Position numbers and translations under genes: made by a program. A stretch of DNA of 64,000 nucleotides from Deltaproteobacteria bacterium (GTDB lineage Bacteria > Myxococcota_A > UBA9160 > SMWR01). Positions 1 through 7,424 of this stretch are shown here, piece after piece. The first letter of the stretch is position 1. Each line of letters begins with the position of its first letter. The notes beneath the pieces were generated by a model. It was not told where the DNA came from and searched no databases. It worked only from the letters and a program-made list of their open reading frames with translations. The stretch covers positions 6,400 through 70,399 of the forward strand of contig JAQBGU010000002.1 in assembly GCA_032128375.1 (NCBI GenBank). Direction: 5' to 3'.

Positions 1-1107
1 CAACTCGGGCGTGGCGAAATAACCCGCATAGGCGGCGCCCTGGCTGTAGTCGCGCTCGTAACCCGTCGCGATGTCGAGCACGCGCGTCGCTGGGTGTGAG
101 GCCTTCCAATCCTTCCAGCGGGCGACCACGATAGGCACGCGCTCGAGTCGGATATTGCGCTCCACCAACGGACCGACGACCGGTCTGCCGGTGAACTGAT
201 TCCACAACGAATGGGTCTTTCGGTCATACATCAGCTTGTTGCTGCGCATGAGTAGCCCGGACGACCCGAACTCGAACACGGTCCCATCACCGACCTGACC
301 CTTGTACGCGATACCCGAGCCACACAGCGTGCAGTAGGCGAGCGAGATCGGTGTGCCGCCAACAACGTCGTTGGCCATTTCATGCCAGTCGAGAATGCGC
401 AGCGGGTAGGCGCGCGCGTCACCATTGATCTCGATTCCGAAGACCGCCTCGTCGGGTTCGAGGTAGTCGGCGCTGCTTGCGTCGATGAACTTCGGTTGGT
501 CGAGTGCCGGGATTCCGTCGAATGCGACACCGCCCCAGATGATCTCTTCGATGCGAATCGCCGTTGCGACCCCTTCGCGGAGCAACTGATCGAAGGCTGG
601 ATCGAGCCGGCCGAGTAGCTCGCCCTTCCAGCGCATGAATCCGGGAGGCGGCTCGAGGTCGGTGGAGTCATACCACTCGACCCACGAACGCCAGTCTTCG
701 CCATGCAATTCTCCGGTGATCGCTTCGAGGGCGCGTGAATACGCGGTTCTGCCATCGGCGTGCAGAATCTGTAGCTGGCTCGCACGCATCAACTCGATCA
801 ACACCGAAGCGAAACGTTGATCTCCCAGGGAGACAATGGTTTTTACTGCGTTGCGCGCAGGTTCGAGTTCATCGCCAGAGACCGCGCGCAGGATGGCCTC
901 GACCTCGTTTGGCGCCGCGTGTCTCACCTCAGATTGGAGCTGCGGCTGAATCACAGCCATTGGCGGGTCGTTTTCGCTACACGACAGAGCCATGCAACCG
1001 AGACAAACCGCAAGCAGTAATGGCGCAAATCGCCGGCAGTTTGGAACTGTTGGGGCAGCGGGGTGCGATTCGCCCGCCAGCAGGGCGCCTCCAGAAGATT
1101 TGGCCAC
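1..1107 (-). CDS. DUF3179 domain-containing protein; 3' end lies beyond the window edge
   Basis: Absent from the ORF track because it runs off the window. My own minus-strand translation gives ...VFGIEINGDARAYPLRILDWHEMANDVVGGTPISLAYCTLCGSGIAYKGQVGDGTVFEFGSSGLLMRSNKLMYDRKTHSLWNQFTGRPVVGPL..., the DUF3179 core with its CxxC pair. Upstream RRFAPLLLAVCLGC looks like a signal peptide. Start is uncertain (GTG 1107, ATG 993 or ATG 960). Confidence 0.7.
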   Translation of the reverse strand, partial: MAKSSGGALLAGESHPAAPTVPNCRRFAPLLLAVCLGCMALSCSENDPPMAVIQPQLQSEVRHAAPNEVEAILRAVSGDELEPARNAVKTIVSLGDQRFASVLIELMRASQLQILHADGRTAYSRALEAITGELHGEDWRSWVEWYDSTDLEPPPGFMRWKGELLGRLDPAFDQLLREGVATAIRIEEIIWGGVAFDGIPALDQPKFIDASSADYLEPDEAVFGIEINGDARAYPLRILDWHEMANDVVGGTPISLAYCTLCGSGIAYKGQVGDGTVFEFGSSGLLMRSNKLMYDRKTHSLWNQFTGRPVVGPLVERNIRLERVPIVVARWKDWKASHPATRVLDIATGYERDYSQGAAYAGYFATPEL

Positions 1108-1274
1108 GGTCACGCCGCGATTGTACGCCTTCAGGGGGGAGGGTTCGCACCCGATAGGCAATTCCAGCACCGGGCCGAAAACCGTGACTCAAAGGTGGGT
1201 TGCCACTGACGAACACGCGGACGGTTCTGTAGGCTCTGCGCGCCGATTCAGGATTGTTCTGAATCGGGAATGAT

Positions 1275-1302
1275 TGCAACACATTATCGCAGCAACATAA
1301 TG
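1275..1302 (+). promoter_or_regulatory. candidate sigma70-type promoter of the cold-shock gene
   Basis: TTGCAA (1275-1280), 16-nt spacer, CATAAT (1297-1302), about 24 nt upstream of the csp start. A perfect 9-bp-stem hairpin CCGATTCAG-N7-CTGAATCGG lies just upstream at 1244-1268. Confidence 0.35.
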
Positions 1303-1325
1303 CAGCGAGCTAAGGAGTACGACAG

Positions 1326-1529
1326 TTGGCAGTAGGTACCGTGAAGTGGTTCAGCGACGAGAAGGGTTTTGGATTCATTACACCGGATGACGGTGGTGAC
1401 GATCTGTTCGTTCACTTCTCGAATATTGGTGGTGAGGGATTCAAGTCCCTGCAGGACGGCCAAAAGGTCGAGTACGAAGCCGGTCAGGGTCGAAAGGGTC
1501 CCGAGGCGACGAACGTACGCCCCGCGTAG
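1326..1529 (+). CDS. cspA: cold-shock protein, CspA family
   Basis: 67 aa: [34 protein letters not shown]..., with RNP1/RNP2-like motifs KGFGFI and DLFVHF. AAGGAG lies 7 nt upstream of the TTG start. Confidence 0.9.
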   Translation: MAVGTVKWFSDEKGFGFITPDDGGDDLFVHFSNIGGEGFKSLQDGQKVEYEAGQGRKGPEATNVRPA

Positions 1530-1556
1530 CTCGAATCACGGCCATTTCGAACGAAG

Positions 1557-1587
1557 CCCCGATCGATAGATCGGGGTTTCGCATTTC
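1557..1587. terminator. rho-independent terminator between convergent csp and selenoprotein genes
   Basis: CCCCGATC-GATA-GATCGGGG stem-loop followed by TTTCGCATTTC on the plus strand, 28 nt after the csp stop. Confidence 0.55.
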
Positions 1588-1668
1588 TAAGCGCTGCCTG
1601 CGCTCGATCGCCTGGTCGCGCATGACTCGTCTGCGAGTCAGGCTCTTCAGCTGGCTCAGCACCCAAGC

Positions 1669-2202
1669 TCAACCCTTTCGGGCCTTCTTCATCATCGCGA
1701 TGATCGGCGACGCCTCGGCCGGGTGCCACTGGGTTTCCTTTGGATCCTGTGGCCAGACGAACGGCAGGTGCACGACCTCGCCCGGTTCGGTCGCAGTCGC
1801 CGCCACCGCGAGCGCGGCCTCTAGCACTGCGCGCTGCGTCTCGACGTCGCCATACGGCCGACCGAAGGGATGTTCGATTGCGGCCACGCGCGGCATTCCC
1901 ACCAGTCGCTGATACGGCCAGATCATGTTCAGCGTCACGGTCGGAATTCCCGCTGCTTCGATCGTGCGTGCGACCAGTCCCACGAGCCGGCAACAATCCG
2001 GTCAGACCGGCGCGAGCAACGCGAGGTCGACCTCCTGGTTTTGCATGCTCCTCGCGATCTGTGGCGCGCTGACGGTTTCCAACTCGCTGGAGTCGTTTCC
2101 CTGGTATCCCATGATCGAGTAGTTGGCGGCTCCACCAGATATCACGGAATCCGTCCAAAGACCTATACTTTCGCCTGCACTCGGACCTGCAGAGTCTCGC
2201 AT
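1669..2202 (-). CDS. short GrdB/PrdB-family (glycine/betaine/proline reductase B-like) protein; TGA at 2002-2004 read as selenocysteine
   Basis: Track ORFs 2002..2202 and 1669..1983 share a frame and are separated only by TGA plus six sense codons. Read-through gives ...LALLAPV-U-PDCCRLVGLVARTIEAAGIPTVTLNMIWPYQRLVGMPRVAAIEHPFGRPYG... The U-x-x-C-x-R ... E-x-AGIP ... HP-x-G-x-P spacing matches GrdB as I recall it. A hairpin lies at 1967-1984, 18 nt after the UGA. Confidence 0.6.
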
Positions 2203-2243
2203 GCGAGTTATCGAGCTGCCCCGGAACCCGGAGGAAGACGGAC

Positions 2244-3176
2244 GTGAAGCGCTTTATCTCACACGACGAACTCGCCCGCGATAGCCGCTTTTCGCGGCTT
2301 CGGTCGCGCAATCAATTGTTCCGATCGCTTCCCGACGATGTGGATGCGATCGTGAAGGTGCTCGAAAAAATCGGCCCAAAAATCCGCAAGCGAGTCGCGG
2401 GAACTCCGCTGGAGAAAGCCTATGACGAACTCGGTCCCGGTTTCACCTTTCTGACCGCAGGAGGTGGGCGCCAATCGAAGGAGCGGCGCAGTGAAGTCCA
2501 GATGCGGGTGCAGCTGCACGGGATCTTCGTCGGCGAATTGCAGGCGCTCGAAGCGGCCGGCCGAACGATCTGGGATTTCCCGGATGCGCCGTGGGAATTC
2601 AAAATGAACATGGCGCGCCAGTGCTGGGACGAGGCCCGCCACGTGCAGATTTTCGAAAAGCTGATTGATCACGTCGGCGGCGAAATCGGCGAGTTTCCCG
2701 AGAGCACCTTCCTGTTCGAGACTTCATGTCACGACGACCCGGTACTGCGCGTGACGGGTGTAAACCGATGCCTCGAAGGCCTGGCCTGCGATGCGTTTCG
2801 ATCGCTCATCGACTACGGGAAGTCGGTCGGCGACGAGGTCATCGCGCAGGCCGTCGACTACGTGTTGGCTGATGAACTCACCCATGTCCGCTTCGGAAGC
2901 GACTGGGTCAAGCAGTTCACCGAGGGAGACCCCGAGCACGCGCGACGAGCCAAGGAGTACCAGAACGAGACCGATCGGAGTTTCTCATTCGGCGGTGGTC
3001 GCCAGATCGCTCGGGAGGAGCGCGTCGAAGCGGGCTTTACCGACGAAGAAGTCGACGAACTCGAGGCCATCGAAAGGGAGGGCCCGAGACGAGAAACGCT
3101 GGTTCGGGCAGCGGAGATCCTTCGCGACCGCCATCAGGCTCGAAACCGGGGCGAACAGGTACCCGAACTCACGTAG
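2244..3176 (+). CDS. ferritin-like di-iron protein, DUF455 family
   Basis: GELQALEAAGRT ... ARQCWDEARHVQIFEKL ... RCLEGLACD ... LADELTHVRFGSDW, i.e. an E / ExxH / E / ExxH carboxylate-bridged di-iron ligand set. GGAGGA lies 8 nt upstream of the GTG start. Confidence 0.8.
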   Translation: MKRFISHDELARDSRFSRLRSRNQLFRSLPDDVDAIVKVLEKIGPKIRKRVAGTPLEKAYDELGPGFTFLTAGGGRQSKERRSEVQMRVQLHGIFVGELQALEAAGRTIWDFPDAPWEFKMNMARQCWDEARHVQIFEKLIDHVGGEIGEFPESTFLFETSCHDDPVLRVTGVNRCLEGLACDAFRSLIDYGKSVGDEVIAQAVDYVLADELTHVRFGSDWVKQFTEGDPEHARRAKEYQNETDRSFSFGGGRQIAREERVEAGFTDEEVDELEAIEREGPRRETLVRAAEILRDRHQARNRGEQVPELT

Positions 3177-3205
3177 TGGGGCCGGGATAGTGGGGCCGGG
3201 ATAGC
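3174..3205. repeat. 14-bp direct tandem duplication (TAGTGGGGCCGGGA x2 plus a partial third copy)
   Basis: Copies at 3174-3187 and 3188-3201 are identical. The first TAG is the stop codon of the DUF455 gene. Confidence 0.9.
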
Positions 3206-3250
3206 CGACTACACGGCCGCGCGTGATCCCAGCACCCTGTTCGACGCGCG

Positions 3251-4366
3251 CTAGATGCGCAGCCCCCGACCGACGCGCTTGCGGGTACCGTTGATCTCGC
3301 GCAGTTCGATGATGGCGTTTTCGGCGACGTCAGTACCGACGACTTCGTCTTCTTCTCCCGCGAGTTCATCCATATCGACCCACGCGCCGTAAATGGAACG
3401 CGTGCGTTCCGTGATGATGCCGGCCTTGAGCAGAGTCTTGATGAGCACACGGAAGATGTTCGTTCCCTCGGTCATCGACTGGCGCCGCTCGCCGTCGGTA
3501 AACGCCTCGAGTACCGCCGCGCGCACCCACTGCCAGTCGAGTCCGAACTCGTGGTAGATCTCCTGCTTCTGCTCGGCGTTGATCAGGTTCAACAGCAGCG
3601 TTTGGAAGCACTGCGCGGCCCATAGCTCGACTTCCTCGTGCTCCTGTTCGGTGAGGTGCGGGACAGTCCTGTCGGCCCAGATTTTTCCGAACTTGTGGTG
3701 GAAGGCCTCGTCGCTCATGACGAATTGGATCATCCGGCGCAACAGCGGGTCGTTGGTTTGCATGTTCAGCGTCGCAAACGCGCCCATCGCCAGGCCCTCG
3801 ATCAGCATTTGCATACCGATCAGCTTCTTGTAGACGATCGGCGACCGCACGATGTCGTCCATCAGGCTCCCGAGCGTTGCGCCGACCTTCAGCGGCTTGC
3901 CCCATCGGGTTTCGATGTACTTCGAAAATGCCGTGACATGGCGGGCTTCTTCGCGCGTCTGGTTGGCCGCGTATTCCTGCGCGCCCGGATCGCGCAGCAC
4001 CTGGCAGAGGCTCGCCGAGAGCGCCAACGCGCCCTGTTCGCCGTGAAGGATACTCGAGAGCATGAACCGCGCGTTCTGGTTCACCATGCGAATCTTCTGG
4101 CCTTCGTCGAGCTTTTCTCCGACGGCGCAATGCAGTTCGACCACCATCTGGGGGGGCAAGATCGTGTCCTGGGTCAGGTCGAACGGAGCGTTTTTGTAGT
4201 CGATGTATCGGGGGTCGAGCGGGTCCCAGAAGTGGTCGACGGTGGAAGAGATGATCGAATCGAATGCATCGCAGCGGTCGGCGTAGCGATCGACTTCGAT
4301 CATCGACATGAAGTCGTCGCGATCGACGGCGTTGTAGGCTTTGTCATAGGTGATGTTTTCGGCCAC
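3251..4366 (-). CDS. ferritin-like di-iron oxygenase (AurF-like family), paralog 1
   Basis: FMLSSILHGEQGAL ... TREEARHVTAF ... QMLIEGLAMG ... MSDEAFHHKFG, a di-iron ligand pattern. AGGAGA lies 8 nt upstream of the GTG start. Confidence 0.8.
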   Translation of the reverse strand: MAENITYDKAYNAVDRDDFMSMIEVDRYADRCDAFDSIISSTVDHFWDPLDPRYIDYKNAPFDLTQDTILPPQMVVELHCAVGEKLDEGQKIRMVNQNARFMLSSILHGEQGALALSASLCQVLRDPGAQEYAANQTREEARHVTAFSKYIETRWGKPLKVGATLGSLMDDIVRSPIVYKKLIGMQMLIEGLAMGAFATLNMQTNDPLLRRMIQFVMSDEAFHHKFGKIWADRTVPHLTEQEHEEVELWAAQCFQTLLLNLINAEQKQEIYHEFGLDWQWVRAAVLEAFTDGERRQSMTEGTNIFRVLIKTLLKAGIITERTRSIYGAWVDMDELAGEEDEVVGTDVAENAIIELREINGTRKRVGRGLRI

Positions 4367-4390
4367 GGGTACTGTCTCCTGGTATGGGCG

Positions 4391-4456
4391 CAGTTGCGAT
4401 TGCGAGCAGTTGTAGTTGCGTGTAGTTGCGTGTAGTTGCGAGTAGTTGCAGTTGAG
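4391..4456. repeat. 10-bp tandem repeat array (TGTAGTTGCG x3 perfect, degenerate flanking copies)
   Basis: Perfect copies at 4411-4440, flanked by CAGTTGCGAT/TGCGAGCAGT and AGTAGTTGCA/GTTGAG. The array starts 25 nt upstream of the di-iron oxygenase start codon. Confidence 0.9.
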
Positions 4457-4463
4457 AGAAGGT

Positions 4464-5144
4464 CTATTTTTCGATTCCGAGCTGGGCGGGATGAGTTCCC
4501 GCTAGTTGAATCCCAGTCAGGGTTTGAATCAATGTGTCACGCGACGCGCGGCTCGGATCTTCGACCCACCACGCGATCACCCGCGCCCACATGCCGACGA
4601 GGGCTTGCGAGAGAATGACCGGGTCCAGTTCGGCAGGCATTTCGCCGCTCGCGATCCGCTGGCGCCTTCCCTGTGCGATACCGGCCGCGAGTGTGCTCAG
4701 CAGATCGGTTTGTACGTCGGCATGCTCGCGGTCGCCGTCAGAGGCCCGATCGACGCTGAAGATGATGCGGACCCGCTCGCGATTTTCCTCGGCATAGCAG
4801 ACGAGCGCCTCGGCGATTCGCGGCACGCTGTCGCGCAGATCGCCGGAATCGGATGCAGCGTCGAGCCGTTGTTGCAGGTCGCCGAGCGCCTCGAACGCGA
4901 TCTCTCGAAACAGCGCGCCCTTGTCCTGGAAGTGCAGGTAGAAGGTGCCGGCTGCCATGCCGGCGTGATGTGCGACGTCATGGCTGGTAACCCGGTGCAG
5001 GCCCTTGGCGGCGAACAACGCGACGCCGCTCGAAAATAACCGTTCGCGGGTCGCAGCCCGGCTGCGTGAGCCAGCCGACCGGCGCTCGCTCGGTTCGGTT
5101 TCGGAAGTTTCCACCGCAGTCGAAGTGACGGACATGTCAGTCAC
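4464..5144 (-). CDS. TetR/AcrR family transcriptional regulator
   Basis: N-terminal HTH: RSRAATRERLFSSGVALFAAKGLHRVTSHDVAHHAGMAAGTFYLHFQDKGALF. Start is GTG 5144 or ATG 5135. Confidence 0.85.
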   Translation of the reverse strand: MTDMSVTSTAVETSETEPSERRSAGSRSRAATRERLFSSGVALFAAKGLHRVTSHDVAHHAGMAAGTFYLHFQDKGALFREIAFEALGDLQQRLDAASDSGDLRDSVPRIAEALVCYAEENRERVRIIFSVDRASDGDREHADVQTDLLSTLAAGIAQGRRQRIASGEMPAELDPVILSQALVGMWARVIAWWVEDPSRASRDTLIQTLTGIQLAGTHPAQLGIEK

Positions 5145-5159
5145 TGACAGTATCGTCAG
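5135..5159. promoter_or_regulatory. candidate TetR operator (overlapping palindromes)
   Basis: TGTCAGT-C-ACTGACA (5135-5149) overlaps CTGAC-AGTATC-GTCAG (5144-5159), giving three GTCAG/CTGAC half-sites. It sits at the TetR start, in the divergent region facing the second di-iron oxygenase. Confidence 0.45.
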
Positions 5160-5231
5160 CCGAACAGATCGGCAACAGCAAAGAGCCCGGCGGCAGTTTC
5201 GCGGACGATCTGCTTGCCCCGGAGATTGCCA

Positions 5232-6389
5232 ATGGGTTACAACCAGTTACGCGATCGTCAACCGCTTACAGAGCCGATACGGGTTCAGCACCCAGACACA
5301 GGATTCCCCATGATCGAGGCACTCCCCGAGCGCCAACCCCTATCCACCGAATCGACAGCGACCGCCATCGACGCGGTCTACAACTGGAACTACGAACCTG
5401 AAATCGACGAACTGAGGACGCTGTACGCGAACGCGCTCGATCGCCAGTGGATCTCAGTGCGCGACCTCGACTGGGAGCGCGGCGTCGACCGGGACGCATT
5501 CGCGCGAAGTTTCTCGCTGGCCGGGTTCCCGATCCAGCAGACGCAGTTCTGGAAGAACCTCGACCCGGATCTGCAGTGGCAGATTTCGCGCCGCACGGCG
5601 GCCTTCATGCTGTCTAATTTTCTGCACGGGGAGCAGGGCGCACTGATGGCTGCGTCTCAGATGGTCTCGGCCGTGCCGCACATGGATGCGAAGTTCTACG
5701 CGGCCACCCAGACGATCGACGAGGCGCGTCACGTTGAAGTGTTCGCGGCGTTCATTCGCCAACTCGACGAAGTCCATCCGATCATGCCGTCTTTGAAAAG
5801 CCTGCTCGACCGCACGCTCTCAACCGATTGTTGGATGCAAAAGGCTGTCGGCATGCAGATCGTCGTGGAGGGTCTGGCGCTGTATGTGTTCCGCGACATG
5901 CGCAACACGACCGAGGAACCGCTTCTCGAACAGCTGCTGACGCTGGTATCCCGCGACGAGGCGCGTCACACCGCGTTCGGCATCAAATACCTGCGCCAAG
6001 TGGTCGGTGATCTGAGCGTCGCAGAGCGCGAGCGGCTCGAAGATTTCGGGTTCGAGGCGGCGCGTATGTTGGTGGACTCGCGAACCGGCGGCTCGATGCG
6101 CCAATCCGCGCTGCAGATCTGGTCCGATGCCGGTATGGATCCGCAGACAGTCTTCGGCGAGTTGCTAAAGGAGCGCGAGATGTTCGCGCAAGTCGGCCAG
6201 GATTCCGCTGGACCGATTCGCGGTTTCGTGATCCCGACGCTGCGCAGCATCGGGTTGTTCAGTGATCGCATGGAGAAGAATTTTCGCGAGATGTTCACCG
6301 CCAACTTTGGCGAAGAGCGCGCGAACAAGATGAATCTGCAAGGCGATCTTCCCGATGACCTCGACGCATGGGTAGAAGCGCGCGTCTGA
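5232..6389 (+). CDS. ferritin-like di-iron oxygenase (AurF-like family), paralog 2
   Basis: FMLSNFLHGEQGAL ... TIDEARHVEVF ... QIVVEGLALY ... SRDEARHTAFG. The ATG at 5232 has GGAGA 6 nt upstream; the track start TTG 5214 is also possible. Confidence 0.8.
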   Translation: MGYNQLRDRQPLTEPIRVQHPDTGFPMIEALPERQPLSTESTATAIDAVYNWNYEPEIDELRTLYANALDRQWISVRDLDWERGVDRDAFARSFSLAGFPIQQTQFWKNLDPDLQWQISRRTAAFMLSNFLHGEQGALMAASQMVSAVPHMDAKFYAATQTIDEARHVEVFAAFIRQLDEVHPIMPSLKSLLDRTLSTDCWMQKAVGMQIVVEGLALYVFRDMRNTTEEPLLEQLLTLVSRDEARHTAFGIKYLRQVVGDLSVAERERLEDFGFEAARMLVDSRTGGSMRQSALQIWSDAGMDPQTVFGELLKEREMFAQVGQDSAGPIRGFVIPTLRSIGLFSDRMEKNFREMFTANFGEERANKMNLQGDLPDDLDAWVEARV

Positions 6390-6422
6390 CTCCACCTCGC
6401 GCCCGGCCAGGAGTGGTGCGCC

Positions 6423-7208
6423 ATGTCGCCCGAATTCGCCGACGAATACGGTCCCGTCACCTCACGCTACTACGATGACACCTACGCGGCGCTCCGCGAT
6501 TCGAGCGGCGATGCGAACTGGTACCTCGGGTTGGCGCGAGCGGCGAAGGGCCCCGTGCTCGAGCTGGGCTGCGGGACCGGCCGTGTGCTGTTGCCGGTCG
6601 CTCGGGAGGGGATTGTCTGCACCGGCCTCGATGCATCGCCTGCGATGCTCGATGTCTTTCGCCAAAAGAACCCGCCGGACAACCTGCGTCTGGTCGAGGG
6701 GGCGCTGCAGAACTTCGATCTGGGCGAGGAGCGCTTCGCGCTGATTTTTTCGGCATTCCGCGTGTTTCAGCACCTCTACACGATCGACGATCAACTCGCC
6801 TGCCTCGCGCGCGTTCGAAGCCACCTCGCGCCCGGTGGCGCTTTGGCTTTCGACGCGTTCGTCCCGCGTCTCGAAAGGATGTGGATCCTGGAAGAGCCGG
6901 AAGCAGAGGACGCGCGCTTCGAACAGCGAGGAGACGAGATCGTCCGCTACGCGTCCGTGCGTCGCGATCTTCTGGAGCAACTGACGAAATTGTGTATGCG
7001 CTACGAACGCCGTCGCGGTGGTCAGGTGGTCGGCAACGAGACCGTCGAGTTCCAGATGCGCCACTTCTACCGCTATGAACTCGAGCACCTGCTGAAACGC
7101 GCAGGATTCGATCAATTCGAGCTGTACGGCGATTTCGACGGAACACCGTTCGGCGCCGAAGCGACTTCGTTCGTCGTCGTCGCGCGCGCGAGTTCTGGCT
7201 CGTCCTGA
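6423..7208 (+). CDS. class I SAM-dependent methyltransferase
   Basis: Motif I VLELGCGTGR, then an acidic loop GLDASPAML. AGGAG lies upstream, and the gene starts 33 nt after the di-iron oxygenase stop, so it is probably co-transcribed. Confidence 0.8.
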   Translation: MSPEFADEYGPVTSRYYDDTYAALRDSSGDANWYLGLARAAKGPVLELGCGTGRVLLPVAREGIVCTGLDASPAMLDVFRQKNPPDNLRLVEGALQNFDLGEERFALIFSAFRVFQHLYTIDDQLACLARVRSHLAPGGALAFDAFVPRLERMWILEEPEAEDARFEQRGDEIVRYASVRRDLLEQLTKLCMRYERRRGGQVVGNETVEFQMRHFYRYELEHLLKRAGFDQFELYGDFDGTPFGAEATSFVVVARASSGSS

Positions 7209-7424
7209 ACCCCCGGCCGCGCCGTGATGGCTGCGGGAACGCGATGAGTTGCGCGTTCGCCGCTGCGGCGAAAGCTTCCCCGTCGTCGCCCGACCCATCT
7301 GGGGCCGGGTAATCTCCAAACCCGTATCCGTCCCGTTACAAGACGACCTTCGCTTCTTCCGACCTCTCAAGCCCGCACCCCCATGGGCTCACCTCACGGT
7401 TCGCTTTCCCTCGCAAGCGGACAC

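Noticed and set aside
231-785. Long Arg/Ser/Pro-rich ORFs lying antisense to, or out of frame with, better genes. Examples: 231..785, 1484..2311, 6462..7370, 14883..16595, 24192..25250, 31554..33257, 35484..37067, 39433..40617.
   Set aside because: Their composition is typical of shadow frames in GC-rich DNA and carries no recognisable motifs. Each one overlaps a gene with clear family signatures on the other strand or frame.
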